Source: Eledone cirrhosa (lineage: Eukaryota). From it: a stretch of DNA of 64,000 nucleotides. Below are positions 13,126 to 28,040 of the stretch, in pieces. Within the stretch, counting starts at the first letter, position 1; each line of letters starts with the position of its first letter. A program made the position numbers and the translations under genes. A model generated the notes under the pieces. The model ran no database searches and had not been told where the DNA came from. It saw nothing but the letters and a program-made list of their open reading frames with translations. The stretch is taken from contig OZ024741.1 in NCBI GenBank assembly GCA_964016885.1, positions 274,040,001 to 274,104,000 of the forward strand, read 5' to 3'.

Positions 13126-14017
13126 CGAGGTGTGTCAGAAAAGTTCCAGGACTGATGTCACAAAAGATTTATTTCAAACCCAAACTTCACACTAAGAGTT
13201 TTCTCCTTCAAAGTAATCCCCTGGAGTATGTAACTGTAATCTTAGCTCTCTGCAGCGATCAAACTTTTTTTTTCATCATTTTATATACATGTCCTCTGTT
13301 TCAGGTCGTCAAGCAATGAGCACAGAGCAACGAACAAACTTGAAAACTCCGCAAGAAGCACTGGGATTGCTGCAGCAAGTGTATAGAGATGAGACGATGT
13401 CAGGTTCACGTGTTTTTGAGTGGTGCAAGAGGTTTAAAGAAAGACGCGAGGACGTGGAAGATGACCCCAGGAGCGGAAGGCCCTCAAGAACCAGGAGTGA
13501 GGTCAACGTCGAGCGCGTCAGGCAGATGGTGCGTAGCGATCCTCGGCTGATTGTTTGACTGATGGCAAATGAGCTGGGCATGAATCGGGACAGCGTCTGG
13601 AAGATTCTCACTGAAGATTTGGACATGCGGAAAGTTTGCGCGAAGATGGTGCCAAAACTGCTGAACGATGACCAGAAGGGTCGATGCATGCAAGTGTGCC
13701 AGGACATCCTCGAGTGTCTTGAAACCGAACCAGACTTGATAGGGACAGTCATCACCGGTGATGAGTCATGGATCTTCGAGCACGACCCGGAGGGGACCCG
13801 TTTTGAAGACGTGGACATCAAAAAGGCCGTGACAACGGAACTGCGGAGGATCTTGGAAGAATCCTTCCAGGAGTGCATGCAAGCGTGGCAGAAAAGGATG
13901 GAAAATGCATTAGACTCCAGGGGGATTACTTTGAAGGAGAAAACTCTTATGTGTGAAGTTTGAGTTTGAAATAAATCTTTTGTGACATCAGTCCTGGAAC
14001 TTTTCTGACCCACCTCG
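13126..14017 (+). mobile_element. Internally deleted mariner transposon with ~100-bp TIRs and TA target duplication
   Basis: TA|CGAGGTGTGTCAGAAAAGTTCC...GGAACTTTTCTGACCCACCTCG|TA; transposase remnants FEWCKRF..EDDPRSGRP, KVCAKMVPKLL, ITGDESWIF; most of the catalytic domain is deleted. Confidence 0.92.
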
Positions 14018-14279
14018 TACATATATATATTCACCTGTGGGTATATGTCTGTCTCTGTGTGTGTGTGTGACACAATACAATGAAGAAATATATTAGATCA
14101 ATGCTTCATAGAGTAGGAGAAGAATGTTAACGTTTGGGACACTAGTCCTTCATCAGAATGTGAAATACAAGATGAAATAGAAAGATAGAGACTGAGATGA
14201 GAAGAGAACGGAAAAAAAATGATTGAGAAAACACTTGTCTAATCAGCTAATTCGGAGAGATGAACTCTATTTCTATATC

Positions 14280-14368
<89 letters not shown>

Positions 14369-14526
14369 GTATATATGTATATAACAGATTAAAGTTTAGG
14401 CAAAGAATGGCTGCTTTCGCCCTGAACGGTTCTTATATATTTGATATATATCTTTCCTAATCAAACCCTCTTTGGATTTTAGCCTTCACATTTATTATTA
14501 CTACTATATATATATATGTATGTATA

Positions 14527-14612
14527 GGAAAATGTATGACCCCGACGGCAGAGCTCAAACCGTTTCGACCGCTGAAACGGCTTGAACTCTGCCGTCGGGG
14601 TCATACATTTTA
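14527..14612. repeat. Palindrome of a hammerhead stem-III-like segment
   Basis: AAAATGTATGACCCCGACGGCAGAGCTCAAACCGTTTC-gaccgct-GAAACGGCTTGAACTCTGCCGTCGGGGTCATACATTTT; related single arm at 2198-2240. Confidence 0.75.
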
Positions 14613-14820
14613 CTATTGCCCACTCTACTACTCTAAGTGTTGAGTACTCTGGTGCTTTATGGTCCATCTGGTTCCTTACCACAACTCGCAGTAACACACA
14701 CACAGCAGGTAAATGGAGTGGATCAACGTGAAATAAAGTATTTTGCTCGAACCGAATTCACACACGAAGATGTATGAGTATGTATGTATACATAGCCGGA
14801 TGGCTGGAGCAGGTAAGTTT

Positions 14821-14886
<66 letters not shown>

Positions 14887-14889
14887 CAG

Positions 14890-15247
14890 AAGGGATATTC
14901 AATTTGTTGGTAATTCAACAAATATAAATGTTTATAACTGATTCAGAGCACTCGACAAGTTTTCTGGAGTATAATATTCAATGATATTAAATAAATGGAA
15001 ACTATATTTATAAAACCATATTTATTCTATTATATATATTTCAAGAGTACCAAAACTTTGGTACGCTATCATCAGATAAAATACAAAGTGTGATTTATAA
15101 ATTTTGACATAACCAAGGAAAATATACCTCAATGGTTCAAGTTTTCCTTGGATAGTGAAGGAAAAAAGAAGAAAAGTAGATATTTCAAATTATTAAGATG
15201 AGTATGCAAATAAGGTTTATAAATATAGTTTCCATTTATATAATATC

Positions 15248-15250
<3 letters not shown>
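14890..15250 (-). mobile_element. Hammerhead-containing pLTR-like module with partial inverted end
   Basis: Minus strand CTGATGA-TAGCGTACCA-AAGTTT-TGGTACTCTT-GAAA; ~14985-15015 inverted at ~15215-15250; same family as 24540-24800 and 36735-37187. Confidence 0.7.
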
Positions 15251-15281
<31 letters not shown>

Positions 15282-15381
15282 GAGAGTTTAACGCGGAGTT
15301 ACTGTAGGTTCATCCGGGTGAGCACTCGATATTTAGGTTCACTTCTGTATCGAGGTTGACAGAGTGTATTATAATAAAATG

Positions 15382-15435
<54 letters not shown>

Positions 15436-15928
15436 ATTTACACATACTCAATTCATTTGACAAAATCTGGGATTTTCCCCTTGTGAGTTACACATGTGCT
15501 TTTTACAAAGCTCTGCATCATTCACAAAGTTGGCGCAGAACAAAATACCTGTTGATAACGTGATATTCCTTGTTCAATCATTATACCAAAAGCTTATAGT
15601 TTTAAGCAGACAGTATTATTGATTTAGGTGTCATAGAAACCCTGAATTCCAATGGGTCCAGGTCGGTTATATATGTGTGTATATATATATATGATTTTAT
15701 CATTTATTTTGTTTGACCTGTTTAGCTTGACTTGTTTTTTTGGCTTAAGTGGTTAATGCCTTCTTGACCACTTTTTCAGTTTGTTTGGCATTTTAAGATA
15801 TGTTTAGATTTGGTTTTTAAACTATAGAGCGCTTGCCAGCATAACTCTGATTTTGCGGTTCGTTTCGATATTTCTACCTGCCGAAATGCGATTCTCGCTG
15901 AATTTATATTTATATATATATATATACA

Positions 15929-16002
<74 letters not shown>

Positions 16003-16489
16003 ATCTGTGTTTAAAAGGTAAACAGAAATAACAACACAATCGGTACAGTATATGGAAGGGATATATTAGGTTAACGCTTGGTATAGCAGGAAGAGGGTCT
16101 TAACGTTTCGGACGGTAGTCCTTCATTAGAAGAATAGATATGTGTTTCTGTGTGTGTGTCTGTGCATGTGTGTGTCCGTGTGTGCGTGTGTGCGTATGTG
16201 TGTGTATGTGTGCTTGTGTGTGTGCGTGTGTGCGTATGTGTGTGTGTGCGTGAGAGTGTGTGGGTGAGTGTGTGCGTGTATGTTTATTGGTTGAAAGGAC
16301 CTACCCAGTATTTGGGAGATATAGGGTTCCATTCCTCATAGCGACCGATAACAACTTCTTTTTCTGTCTTTAGGGGTCTTCACCCTATTTTATAGCATCT
16401 CATTCTTTATAGACACACACGCATACACACACATATACTGTATATCCATATATATACATATATATATATGTGTATATATATGCATGTAT

Positions 16490-17121
<632 letters not shown>

Positions 17122-17386
17122 TACACTATTACCCTATTACGTGATCCAGCCGGTTGGCTGTGGCTATGCTGGGTATGGCCATGATTCATCCATATACATA
17201 CACACACACATATATATATACATATACTAATACATATGTATATATACACATATACATATACATATATACATATACATGACACAAACATCGTACATACTCG
17301 TACAAGCACATCCATTTATGTACATACACACACACGCTCGAACACATATACATGCTCGCACTCACATACACACAGACACACACAGG

Positions 17387-17412
<26 letters not shown>

Positions 17413-17419
<7 letters not shown>

Positions 17420-18465
17420 AGATCAAAAGATGGTTAAAGGAGTTCCATGTATTTTATTATGCGCATTTCAAAAACAAACATCATCATGCAATAATATTTG
17501 TGTTTTCATCAGATAAAACAGGAGAACATGATATGAAGGCTAAAAAACACTTGTTGATAGTGCAGTTTTAAATCAACATATGAAAAGTGGTTTCAGATTG
17601 ATGTGTGATATTGGGAAAAATATTTTATTTAGAGAGGGGGTGGGGGTGGAAAGGATGAAAAAGGGAAGGAGATGAGAGGGAAAGATTGGTGATAGAGAGA
17701 AGGAGATAGTTTTTATAACTGAGAGGAGATATATTGTTTTACATAGAGAGGTTGAAAACCGTTGGAAGATAATGTATAAATTAAAAAAATTTTGAAAATT
17801 AACGAAGGGAGGATATGTGCGAGGAAAAAATATTTTATTTAGGGAGGGGGGTGGAACGGATGAAAAAAGGGGGAGGAGATGAGAGTGAAGGTGGAGAGGG
17901 AGAGATGGGTGATAGAGAGAAAGAGATAGTTTTTATAACTGAGAAAAAGATATATAGTTTTACATAGAGAGGTTGGGAACCGTTGGAAGATAATGTATAA
18001 ATTAAAGGAATTTGAAAATTAACGAAGGGAATTTATGTATGAAGATAGAGAGAAAAAATAATAATTGTGGATGAATATTCTAACATCAAAAAAAGAAATG
18101 TATGTTGATAAGATATTGTGGCAATTTCAAAATTAACGAAGAGAAAAATTATTAAGGTTTGTGTGTAGAAGGATTTGAGAAAAAAATAATGTGGAGTTAA
18201 AGTTTGTATATTGAAGGAATTGATAATATATGCGAATAAAGAGTTAATATGTATTAATAATGAGTTCGTTGTTGTTATCTGATGAAAACACAAATATTAT
18301 TGCATGATGATGTTTGTTTTTGAAATGCGCATAATAAAATACATGGAACTCCTTTAACCATCTTTTGATCTTATATTATGTATACTCCAGTCCTACAAAC
18401 TGTAGAGTGCTTCTTATCCGATATCTGCATTGCTTTATTGTACTACAATAAAACTCACCTCCTAC

Positions 18466-18470
<5 letters not shown>
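17413..18470 (+). mobile_element. PLE-like module with inverted ~104-bp hammerhead-containing ends and an internal ~240-bp tandem duplication
   Basis: 17413-17516 is the reverse complement of 18275-18378 (CTGATGA-AAACA...TGTTTTT-GAAATGCGCAT); internal duplication ~17615-17810/~17823-18030; (TA)n on both sides. Confidence 0.7.
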
Positions 18471-18500
<30 letters not shown>

Positions 18501-19005
18501 TTACACACACAGGCATATATACATACACCGACATACACTTACACACACATATACACAAAGACACACACAGACATATATTCTAAATATATATACTTACACA
18601 TACAGACAAATAGACACACACACACACACTTACACACACATATACACAAAGACACACACAGACATATATATATATATATATACTTACACACACAGGCACA
18701 TAGACATATACAGACACACACCTACACACACACACTTATACACACACATACACACCACACACAGACATATATATATATACTTACACATACAGGTACATAG
18801 ACATATACAGACACACACAAACAGACATATATATATATATACTTACACACACAGGCACATCGACATACACAGCCACACACCTACACACACACTTACACAC
18901 ACACTTACACACACACATGCACTCACACACAGACATACGTATATTTATACACTTACACGTACAGACACATAGACACACACACACATATACACAAAGACAC
19001 ACATA

Positions 19006-19046
<41 letters not shown>

Positions 19047-19231
19047 TTACACACACAAGCATATAGATATACAAAGACATACAGAGACACACACTTACAC
19101 ACACACACTTACACACACACATACACACACACTTACACACACACACATTCACACACACACAGAGACATACGTATATTTATACACTTACACATACAGACAC
19201 ATAGACACACATATACACAAAGACCAACAGA

Positions 19232-19272
<41 letters not shown>

Positions 19273-19659
19273 TTACACACACAAGCATATAGACATACAA
19301 AGACATACACAGACACACACTTGCACATACAGACACACACACTTACACACACACACAAAGACACACTTACACACAAAGACACACGTCTTTAAAAGTGATT
19401 GGCAGTTATTTCAATGCGAGACGTTCTCCAATTAAATGGCTGCCCAGCTGCGATGTTACCATTAACAGACATTTGCTGTCCACCAAACCTCACTAACACA
19501 CACTTACCTAAAATGGTTGTTGAAACATTTTTAGATGCGTTCAATCTTTTACGACATTCCACAAATGGCAACCCACTGTGGTTAGACTCTTTATGAGGCT
19601 ATTCTCTTCCGCAACTGTTTAAACTAAACGTGATATTAAATTATCTTTTTTTTTTTTTT

Positions 19660-19687
19660 TTCGTTGTCGTTGTTGTTGTTGCTGCTC

Positions 19688-19725
<38 letters not shown>

Positions 19726-19998
19726 CTTACTGCAGTTTTTGTTGCTTTTGTTACTGCTGTTGTTCTTGTTATTGTTGCTGTTGTTGTTGTTGCTTTTGTT
19801 GTTGTCGTTGTTGTTGTTGTTGCTGTTGTTGTTATTGTTACTGCTGCTGCTTTTGTTGTTGCTGTTGTTGTTGCTAGTCCTTTTGTTGTTGTTGTTGTTG
19901 TTCTTGTTGTTACTGCAGTTGTTGTTGCTGTTGTTTATTGTTGCTATTGTTGTTGTTGCTGTTGTTGTTACTGCAGTTGTTGTTGCTGCTGTTAATGC

Positions 19999-20041
<43 letters not shown>

Positions 20042-20096
20042 GCTGGTCTTGCTGTTGTTACTGCAGTTGTTGTTGCTGCTTTTACTGCTGTTGTTT

Positions 20097-20131
<35 letters not shown>

Positions 20132-20517
20132 GGTATTGTTGATATTGTTACTGCAGTTGCTCTTGCTGCTTTTACTGCTGTTGTTTTTGTTGTTGTTGCT
20201 ATTGTTGTTGTTGGTATTGTTGATGTTGTTACTGCAGTTGTTCTTGCTGCTTTTACTGCTGTTGTTTTTGTTGTTGTTGCTATTGTTGTTGTTGGTATTG
20301 TTGATGTTGTTACTGCAGTTGTTCTTGCTGCTTTTACTGCTGTTGTTTTTGTTGTTGTTGCTATTGTTGTTGTTGGTATTGTTGATGTTGTTACTGCAGT
20401 TGTTCTTGCTGCTTTTACTGCTGTTGTTTTTGTTGTTGTTGCTGCTGTTACTGCTGTTGTTTCTATTGTGGCTGTTGTTGTTGATGCTGTTGTTATTATT
20501 GCTGCTGTTGCTATTGT

Positions 20518-20552
<35 letters not shown>

Positions 20553-20587
20553 ATGTTGGTGATGTTGTTGCTGTTCTTGCTATTCTT

Positions 20588-20618
<31 letters not shown>

Positions 20619-20700
20619 CAGTAGTAGTAGCAGTAGTAGTAGCAGTAGTAGTAGTAGTAGCAGTAGTAGTAGTAGTTGTAGTTGTAGTTGTTGTATCTTA
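19660..20700. repeat. Compound (GTT)n/(GTA)n trinucleotide repeat with an 81-bp higher-order unit
   Basis: The unit GTTACTGCAGTTGTTCTTGCTGCTTTTACTGCTG...GGTATTGTTGATGTT recurs 3-4 times at ~20150-20440. Confidence 0.9.
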
Positions 20701-21032
20701 GTTACCACCGACTTAGCCGTGGCGAGGGGGTCGAACTCATAAATATGTCCACGTAATCCCATTATTTCTGATCTTGAGTCTCATTCTACTCTTTCCCCTG
20801 TCTTCACAATGGGAGCTACACTGTAATTCTTGCTACCATTAACTTGTTAATTTCACCATATAAGTGTGTCTCTGTGTGTCTCTCTTTGTGTGCCATGTGT
20901 GTGTGTGTGTGTGTGTCATATGTGTGTTTGCAGTTACCTATTTATCTATCTGTATGTTTATCTATACATCTATCTACTTCTCTCTCTCTATATATATGCA
21001 TTATATATATATATATATATAGTATATATACA

Positions 21033-21197
<165 letters not shown>

Positions 21198-21211
21198 TGT
21201 ATATATATATA

Positions 21212-21246
<35 letters not shown>

Positions 21247-21264
21247 CTGTATATATATATATAC

Positions 21265-21316
<52 letters not shown>

Positions 21317-21319
21317 AAG

Positions 21320-21573
21320 ATTGCAATAAATGCGTCCGTAGGTGTTATGCAGTTTGAGCACTCGACGCGGAGGAATCAGTGATGCATTAAAACACAATTT
21401 ATTAACATATTACATATGTTTCTCCGACGATCAGCTCAAGGCAGGATCTATTATAGATCGAACCTCACTCTGCACTCGTAAGGTCCTCAGATATGTTTAG
21501 CGCTTTCGGATTAAATGCTTTGAAAGCGCTAAACATGTCTGAGGACCCTGTGAATGCAGAGTCAGATTCGATC
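21320..21573 (-). mobile_element. Hammerhead-containing pLTR-like fragment ending in a fold-back
   Basis: Inverted repeat ACTCTGCA..GGTCCTCAGATATGTTTAGCGCTTTC / GAAAGCGCTAAACATGTCTGAGGACC..TGCAGAGT; minus strand CTGAGGA...GAAACATATGTA. Confidence 0.6.
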
Positions 21574-21586
21574 GTTATCTATCTAT

Positions 21587-22370
21587 CTGTTCGGTAGGAC
21601 CTTCCGCCCGGGACCGATGGACAACTTCCAAAAGTCCCTGGCCTGGCAGTGCTACCGAGGAGCTCTACCAGTTCTAGACAAGCTCTACAGACACGGGCGC
21701 CCGGGCAGGGGCGCCTCGAAAAAGATCTGTCCGAGATGCGTGCGAGACGAAGAAACCGTCGCGCACGCATTCGTACACTGCACGGGCGTTACCGACCTGT
21801 GGAGCTATGTAGAACGACTATTGTCGTTGGTGGGACCAATCCGGTTGACCATCGTCATGATCAAACCGCCACCCTCCTTCAAAAACGAAGGAGAGGCGGT
21901 TTTCCTTTGTGTGATAGCTCTGGCGAAAGAAGTTGTATGGTGGACGAGGTTAAAAGGGCTGAGGTCAGACACTTTTCTCTCCGGCCAACAACTGATTCTT
22001 ATTTTCAAATACCACATTAGAAGAAGATTCAGGATGGAGAGAGAGGTGCTGTACCCCAGCACGTTTTATGAAAGGTGGGTGAAAGTGGTGAGAATGGCCC
22101 GAGTGAATGGGCCTTCTCTCTATATCAGCCTGTAGGTTGAGGAAAAAGAAGAAGAGAGGAAAGGGGTACAAACTCTTCGTACTCCTGGAGATGAGGGTTG
22201 TACATGTTTTCGGGGGTATGTGTTAACCATATGTAATGTCTCCCGCTATTGGGGAAAATCGATTAATTTTTAAATTGCATTTGTGATAGTATTTTACACG
22301 TTTTTATTGTATGTAAACTTCCCTCTTTGAATTGTCCCCTTCTTTTGTGCCCCTGTGGCTAATAAAGAAA
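21587..22370 (+). mobile_element. Tx1/L1-clade LINE 3' end (zf-RVT-like domain and 3' UTR) in (TATC)n
   Basis: FQKSLAWQCYRGALPV..CPRC..EETVAHAFVHC; 3' end GTGGCTAATAAAGAAA; TATC repeats on both sides. Confidence 0.85.
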
Positions 22371-22402
22371 CATATCTATCTATCTATCCATATATCTATC
22401 TC

Positions 22403-22479
<77 letters not shown>

Positions 22480-22480
<1 letters not shown>

Positions 22481-22762
22481 ATAAAAAGGACGATTTGTTA
22501 GGTCTTCATTGCGTTTATTGACTTGTGACGCACGTTTCGTAATTGATTAGTTCAAGTTTTGATCTGAATTGATCTAGCCCGACTATGGAATCAAAAGCTC
22601 TTCAAACCTCTGTCATTACCACGGCAGAGGTCCGACGAGCTTTTGATTCCAGAGCCGGGATAGATCGATACAGATCGAACCTTGAGCATATTCAATTGCG
22701 AAACGCGCGTCACTACTAAATAAACGTAATGACGACAATAAAAAATAGTCGTTTTTATTATT
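22480..22762. repeat. ~280-bp imperfect palindrome of a hammerhead-like module
   Basis: Arms meet at ~22617; plus arm CCGACGA-GC...GC-GAAACGCGCGTC, minus arm TTGAAGA-GC...AC-GAAACGTGCGTC; single-arm homolog at 62350-62460. Confidence 0.7.
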
Positions 22763-22834
22763 GTTCTTTGAGTCTCAGTCATTGGTGTTATTTAACTGGA
22801 AAGTTTGTTGAAATGAATATCAAGTCACTACCTG

Positions 22835-23810
22835 CAGCCTCAGATATTCAGGACGTATCGGAGGGGTCTTGCTGTTCCCAGCAAGCATGCCTTTTGAAGT
22901 GTCCCAAAAAGCGGGGCGGGACCAATCTTCTTTAACCATCCTTGGAAACTCTTTGAGATAGCACCAAGTGCGCCTATGATAATCGGGACCACTTTGACTT
23001 CATGGCAGTTCCAAATCCTTTTTACCTCCCACTTTAAGTCCTGGTATCGGTTAATGTTCTCCCCCTCCTTCTCTTGCACTCTCGTGTCGAATGGGCAGGC
23101 CACATCCACAATCAGGCACGATCTTTTTCCCTTGTCCAAAACCACCAGGTCAGGTCTATTGTGTTCCAGTTTCTTGTCCGTCTGTATCCTAAAATCCCAC
23201 AGCACCTTCACCTGATCGTTTTCTATCACCGACTCTGGCTTGTGCTCATATCACTTCTCAGAATGTGGTAAATTGTTTACTTTGCATAGGTGCCAGTGGA
23301 TCACCCTGCCCATCACAACATGTCTCCAGCCTTTATAGTGAGTCTGGGCTAGGTGTTTACACTCGGATACAATGTGAGCCACAGCCTCTTCTCTCTCTCC
23401 ACAGATCCTACACAGTGGGCTAGCCTCCTCCTTGTAAATATGGTGTTTCAACCACTTCGTTTTGAGGGCCTGCTCTTGCGCAGCCATTAGCATTCCTTCT
23501 GTAGCCTTTTTAAGGTCTCCTCTTTTCAACCAGTTCCATGTCTGTGGATCTCTGAATTCAGTTTTCTCAAAGAAGGTACTATGAAGGGATTTTTCATGAA
23601 GGTTGCTCTTTCTCCTTGTTGTTATTTCCTCCTTGGCATCCCTGGTCTATTGTCCTCTCCTTCAGTACAACTCTGAGCATTGGCTCCCTACTATCAGTTA
23701 CGTATTTGTGTAGGTTGTTTTTCTCCATCTGAACACAGTCCTCTATGCTGATAAGACCTCTTCCACCTTCAGATCTCCTTAAGTAGAGTCTATCGACATC
23801 ACTCCTCTTG
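22835..23810 (-). mobile_element. RLE-type (R4/Dong-like) LINE 3' fragment, third family, adjacent to (TAA)n
   Basis: DVDRLYLRRSEGGRGL; AAQEQAL..CRICGEREE..HIVSEC; LWDFRIQTD..HNRPDLVVLDK..IVDVACP..VPIIIGALG. Confidence 0.88.
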
Positions 23811-23812
23811 TG

Positions 23813-23849
<37 letters not shown>

Positions 23850-23914
23850 ACTCTGCTTAGTTCTACACCTAAATCAATACTGGAAATTACAATAACTGGA
23901 CGTTACAATCTCTG

Positions 23915-23954
<40 letters not shown>

Positions 23955-24539
23955 AAAATCACTTATGCTTTGTATGTATATATTATATACGGGGATAGAT
24001 ATGATGTGTATTTTCTGAGTGTGTGTATATATATATTTATGTGTATTTTTGCGTGTGTGTACTTGTTATATGATATGTAATTTCTCTAGCAATATATATA
24101 TTTCGTAATGTTTAAATTCCAATTTTTAATATATTGATCTCAATTTTTAAACTAAATATCTAATCATAGTTAAACAATGATTAATTTCTCATATTATATA
24201 TGTATATTCCATTCATGAATATTAATATTTCTAATTTTATTTATTCATTTCATCTCAATTGTTTACTTAACTTAATATGACATGACTTAAGGTTTTCGTT
24301 CTCTCCCCCTCTCTCTGTCTCTGTTTCTCTCTCTCGATTTTTTTTCTCTCTGTCTGGTGTTTTGATATATCTCTCTCATTTTTTCTCTTTTTTCTTTTTT
24401 TCTTTCTTTCTTTATTTCTCCCTTTCTCTCTCCGCTTTTCTCTCTCTCCGTTTTTTCTCTCTCTCCGTCTTTTTCCTTCTCCGTAACACAAACGACTTAC
24501 TAATAAGTAAATAAATCCACTATCCTGATGTCTTCAAAA

Positions 24540-24795
24540 AGTAACGGTTGCATTTTGAAAGGGTATGTCAATATTTATTTATAAAACTGGTATATATTGT
24601 ATTTTGTCTGATGAAAGCATACCATAATTTAACATGGTATCCTTGAAATATGTATAATAAAATAGATATGGTTTTATAAATATAGTTTCCATTTGTTAAT
24701 ATCGTATATTGACTCCAAATACTTGTCGAGTGCTTTATATCAGTTATAAAAATATTTGCTTGTTGTATCCCAACAATTTAAATAGAACTTTTGCA
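24540..24795 (+). mobile_element. Hammerhead-containing pLTR-like module
   Basis: CTGATGA-AAGCATACCA-TAATTTAACA-TGGTATCCTT-GAAA at ~24609-24648; ends at (TA)n. Confidence 0.7.
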
Positions 24796-24883
24796 TATAT
24801 ATATATATATATATTTATTAAAATAACAGATTAAAGTTTAAGCAAAGAATCGCTGCTTTCACCCTTAACGGGATCTTCTGTAA

Positions 24884-24967
<84 letters not shown>

Positions 24968-25401
24968 GAAAGTGAGGTGTTTTTTACAAAATGAAAAATA
25001 ACCGAGATGTCCTACACGAGTGAAAGTATAAAGAAAAAAAGATGAAATCGAAAATGCAACTGGAGTCTTATTTTTAAAATATATATATATATTTATTTGG
25101 TTCCTTTACCGGTTTCGCAGTTCTTCTGCTTTTCAAAAGTAGAGTTGAGATGGAGGGTCTGTTGTTTTTCTCACATATATATATATTCATGATATACATG
25201 TGTGTGTGTGTACGTGCGTATATATATATATATATATATGGTATGTTTATGAATGCGCATATTTTATGTATGTAGCTATGTCGGAGTGAACATTGATATA
25301 TATATGTAGGAATATGCAGAGAGAGTGAGAGACAGAGAGAGGGGGGGGGGAGAAAGACAGAGAAACAGACGGAAATAGATAGATAGATAGATAGATAGAT
25401 A

Positions 25402-25737
25402 GGCACAAAAGTAGGGGACAAATACAAAGGGGGAGGTTTACATACTATCACAAATGCAATTTAAAAATTAATCGATTTTCCCCAATAGAGGGAGACATTT
25501 CATATGGGTAACACATACCCCAGAAAAAAATGTGCAACCCTCATCTCCAGGAGTACGAAGAGTTTGTACCCCTTTCCTCTCCTCCTCTTTTTCCTCAACC
25601 TATAGGCTGATATAGAGAGAAGGCCCATTCACTCGGGCCATTCTCGCCACTTTTACCCACCTTTCATGAAACTTGCTGGGGTGCAGTACCTCTCTCTCCA
25701 TCCTGATTCTTCTTCCAAATTGATATTTGAAAAAAAA
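25402..25737 (-). mobile_element. Tx1-like LINE short 3' fragment next to (GATA)n
   Basis: Reverse complement homologous to 22000-22350; GATA repeats at the 3' side. Confidence 0.8.
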
Positions 25738-25901
25738 GAGATAGAGATAACTGCAGATATCTATATCTCTACATCATAAAATAGACTAGTGTAAGTAGCG
25801 AGTATTGCGTAATGATCATTTGCCACGGATGCTCATTTGCATATAGCAAATAGAAAACACCTGCTGGAAATGATCATTATCATATAGCGCGTACTCGGCT
25901 G

Positions 25902-25947
<46 letters not shown>

Positions 25948-26089
25948 GTGATATATATGTGTGCGTGTGTATGTGTGTAAATCTCCAAAATGGCAGCCTG
26001 AATAGGCACGTGTGTTTTTTTTTCACATTTTCTTCACATTTTCTTCCGTTCCTTCCTCTTCTCACTCTGTATCTTGCTATTGTATCTTT

Positions 26090-26322
<233 letters not shown>

Positions 26323-26580
26323 TTCACACACACACACATTGTTTATACTCCCGTAAAAAGAGTTTTTCTCATTTAATTCATGTGTGTGTGTGTCTGTGTG
26401 TGCGTGCGTGTGTGTGTGTGTGTGTGTGTTTATTCAAAATTGGAGGCACCGAGGAAAAAAACGGGGAGAAATGAACGGATGTATATACACACACACATAT
26501 ATATACATGTATATATACGTGAAACTAAAAACCTACCATTTGTTCTGTCTCTCTGTTTTTTGTACTCTGTACATTTATTC

Positions 26581-26712
<132 letters not shown>

Positions 26713-26728
26713 CTATATATATATATAT

Positions 26729-27150
26729 AGTGCTGTATGGGTCTGAGACTTGGACACTGACCAAGAAACTCACTCAGATGGTGGATGGGTGCTACACGAG
26801 AATGCTGAGGATGGCTCTGAACATTAATCAGTATACACTGAGGACGAAGAACTCAGAGCTGTACGGGAGCCTCCCAAAAGTCAGCTCAAAAGTGACACAG
26901 AGAAGACTGAGGTTAGCTGGACATGCTCATCGACATCCAGAGTTGACATTGCACTCAGTGCTCCTTTGGGAGCCCCTACATGGACACACTAGAAGAGGAA
27001 GACCAAGGTTAACGTATGTTGATGCCCTAAGGACAGACACTGGTCTGTTGGAGTAGTAGGACATGGCAGCGATAATGAGGGACAGAGACCGCTGGAGAGA
27101 ACTCGTCCATGGATCTCGGGAATTTTACCCGCCTTAGAATAGAATAGAAT
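26729..27150 (+). mobile_element. RTE-type LINE 3' fragment with (TAGAA)n tail, in (TA)n
   Basis: [45 protein letters not shown]; ends CCCGCCTTAGAATAGAATAGAATA. Confidence 0.85.
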
Positions 27151-27734
27151 ATATAGTGAAAAATGGAACGGGAACATATATATACACATACATACATATA
27201 TATTTATATATATATATATATATATATACATATATATATGTGTGTGTGTATAAATATATACATATATGTGTGTGCGTGCGTGGGACGAATTTGATAGAGA
27301 GTGAGGGGAAGGAAAAGAGAGAGAAAGAGAGGGACAGAGAAGGGGGGAGATAAAGAGAGAGGGATAAAGGCGGAGGCGGGGGGATAAATTCATAGCTGTC
27401 CCCGTGTTGGAGAATGTCGCCATGTTACTGAGTAGAAAGTTTCCTGTTTACATCTGGCTAAATAAACTACAGCACATCTCTAGAACATTGACGAGGATAA
27501 AGTTACAACAACAATAACAACAACAACATTGTTTGTTTAGCCACCGTCAGATGGCACTACTACGTTGATTGACCGGATGTGTTAACTGTTCCAACGATGT
27601 TTTCTTATCACATGAATTAGACGGAAAATAACAACTCTAACTACGTAGGTGTCTGTGTGTGTACACACACACACACACACATATATATATACATATATGC
27701 ATATATATATATATATATATGCATACATACGTGT

Positions 27735-27839
<105 letters not shown>

Positions 27840-27927
27840 CACATATATGCCTATATGTATATATATGTGTGTATATATATACATATGTATATATATATAT
27901 ACAAATCTATATAAATATATATATATA

Positions 27928-28014
<87 letters not shown>

Positions 28015-28040
28015 CGTATATATATATATATATATATATA

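Noticed and set aside
19630-20701. Poly-Leu/Val transmembrane-like or Thr-rich mucin-like ORFs
   Set aside because: Trinucleotide repeat open in several frames by composition; no signal peptide, domain or clear splice context
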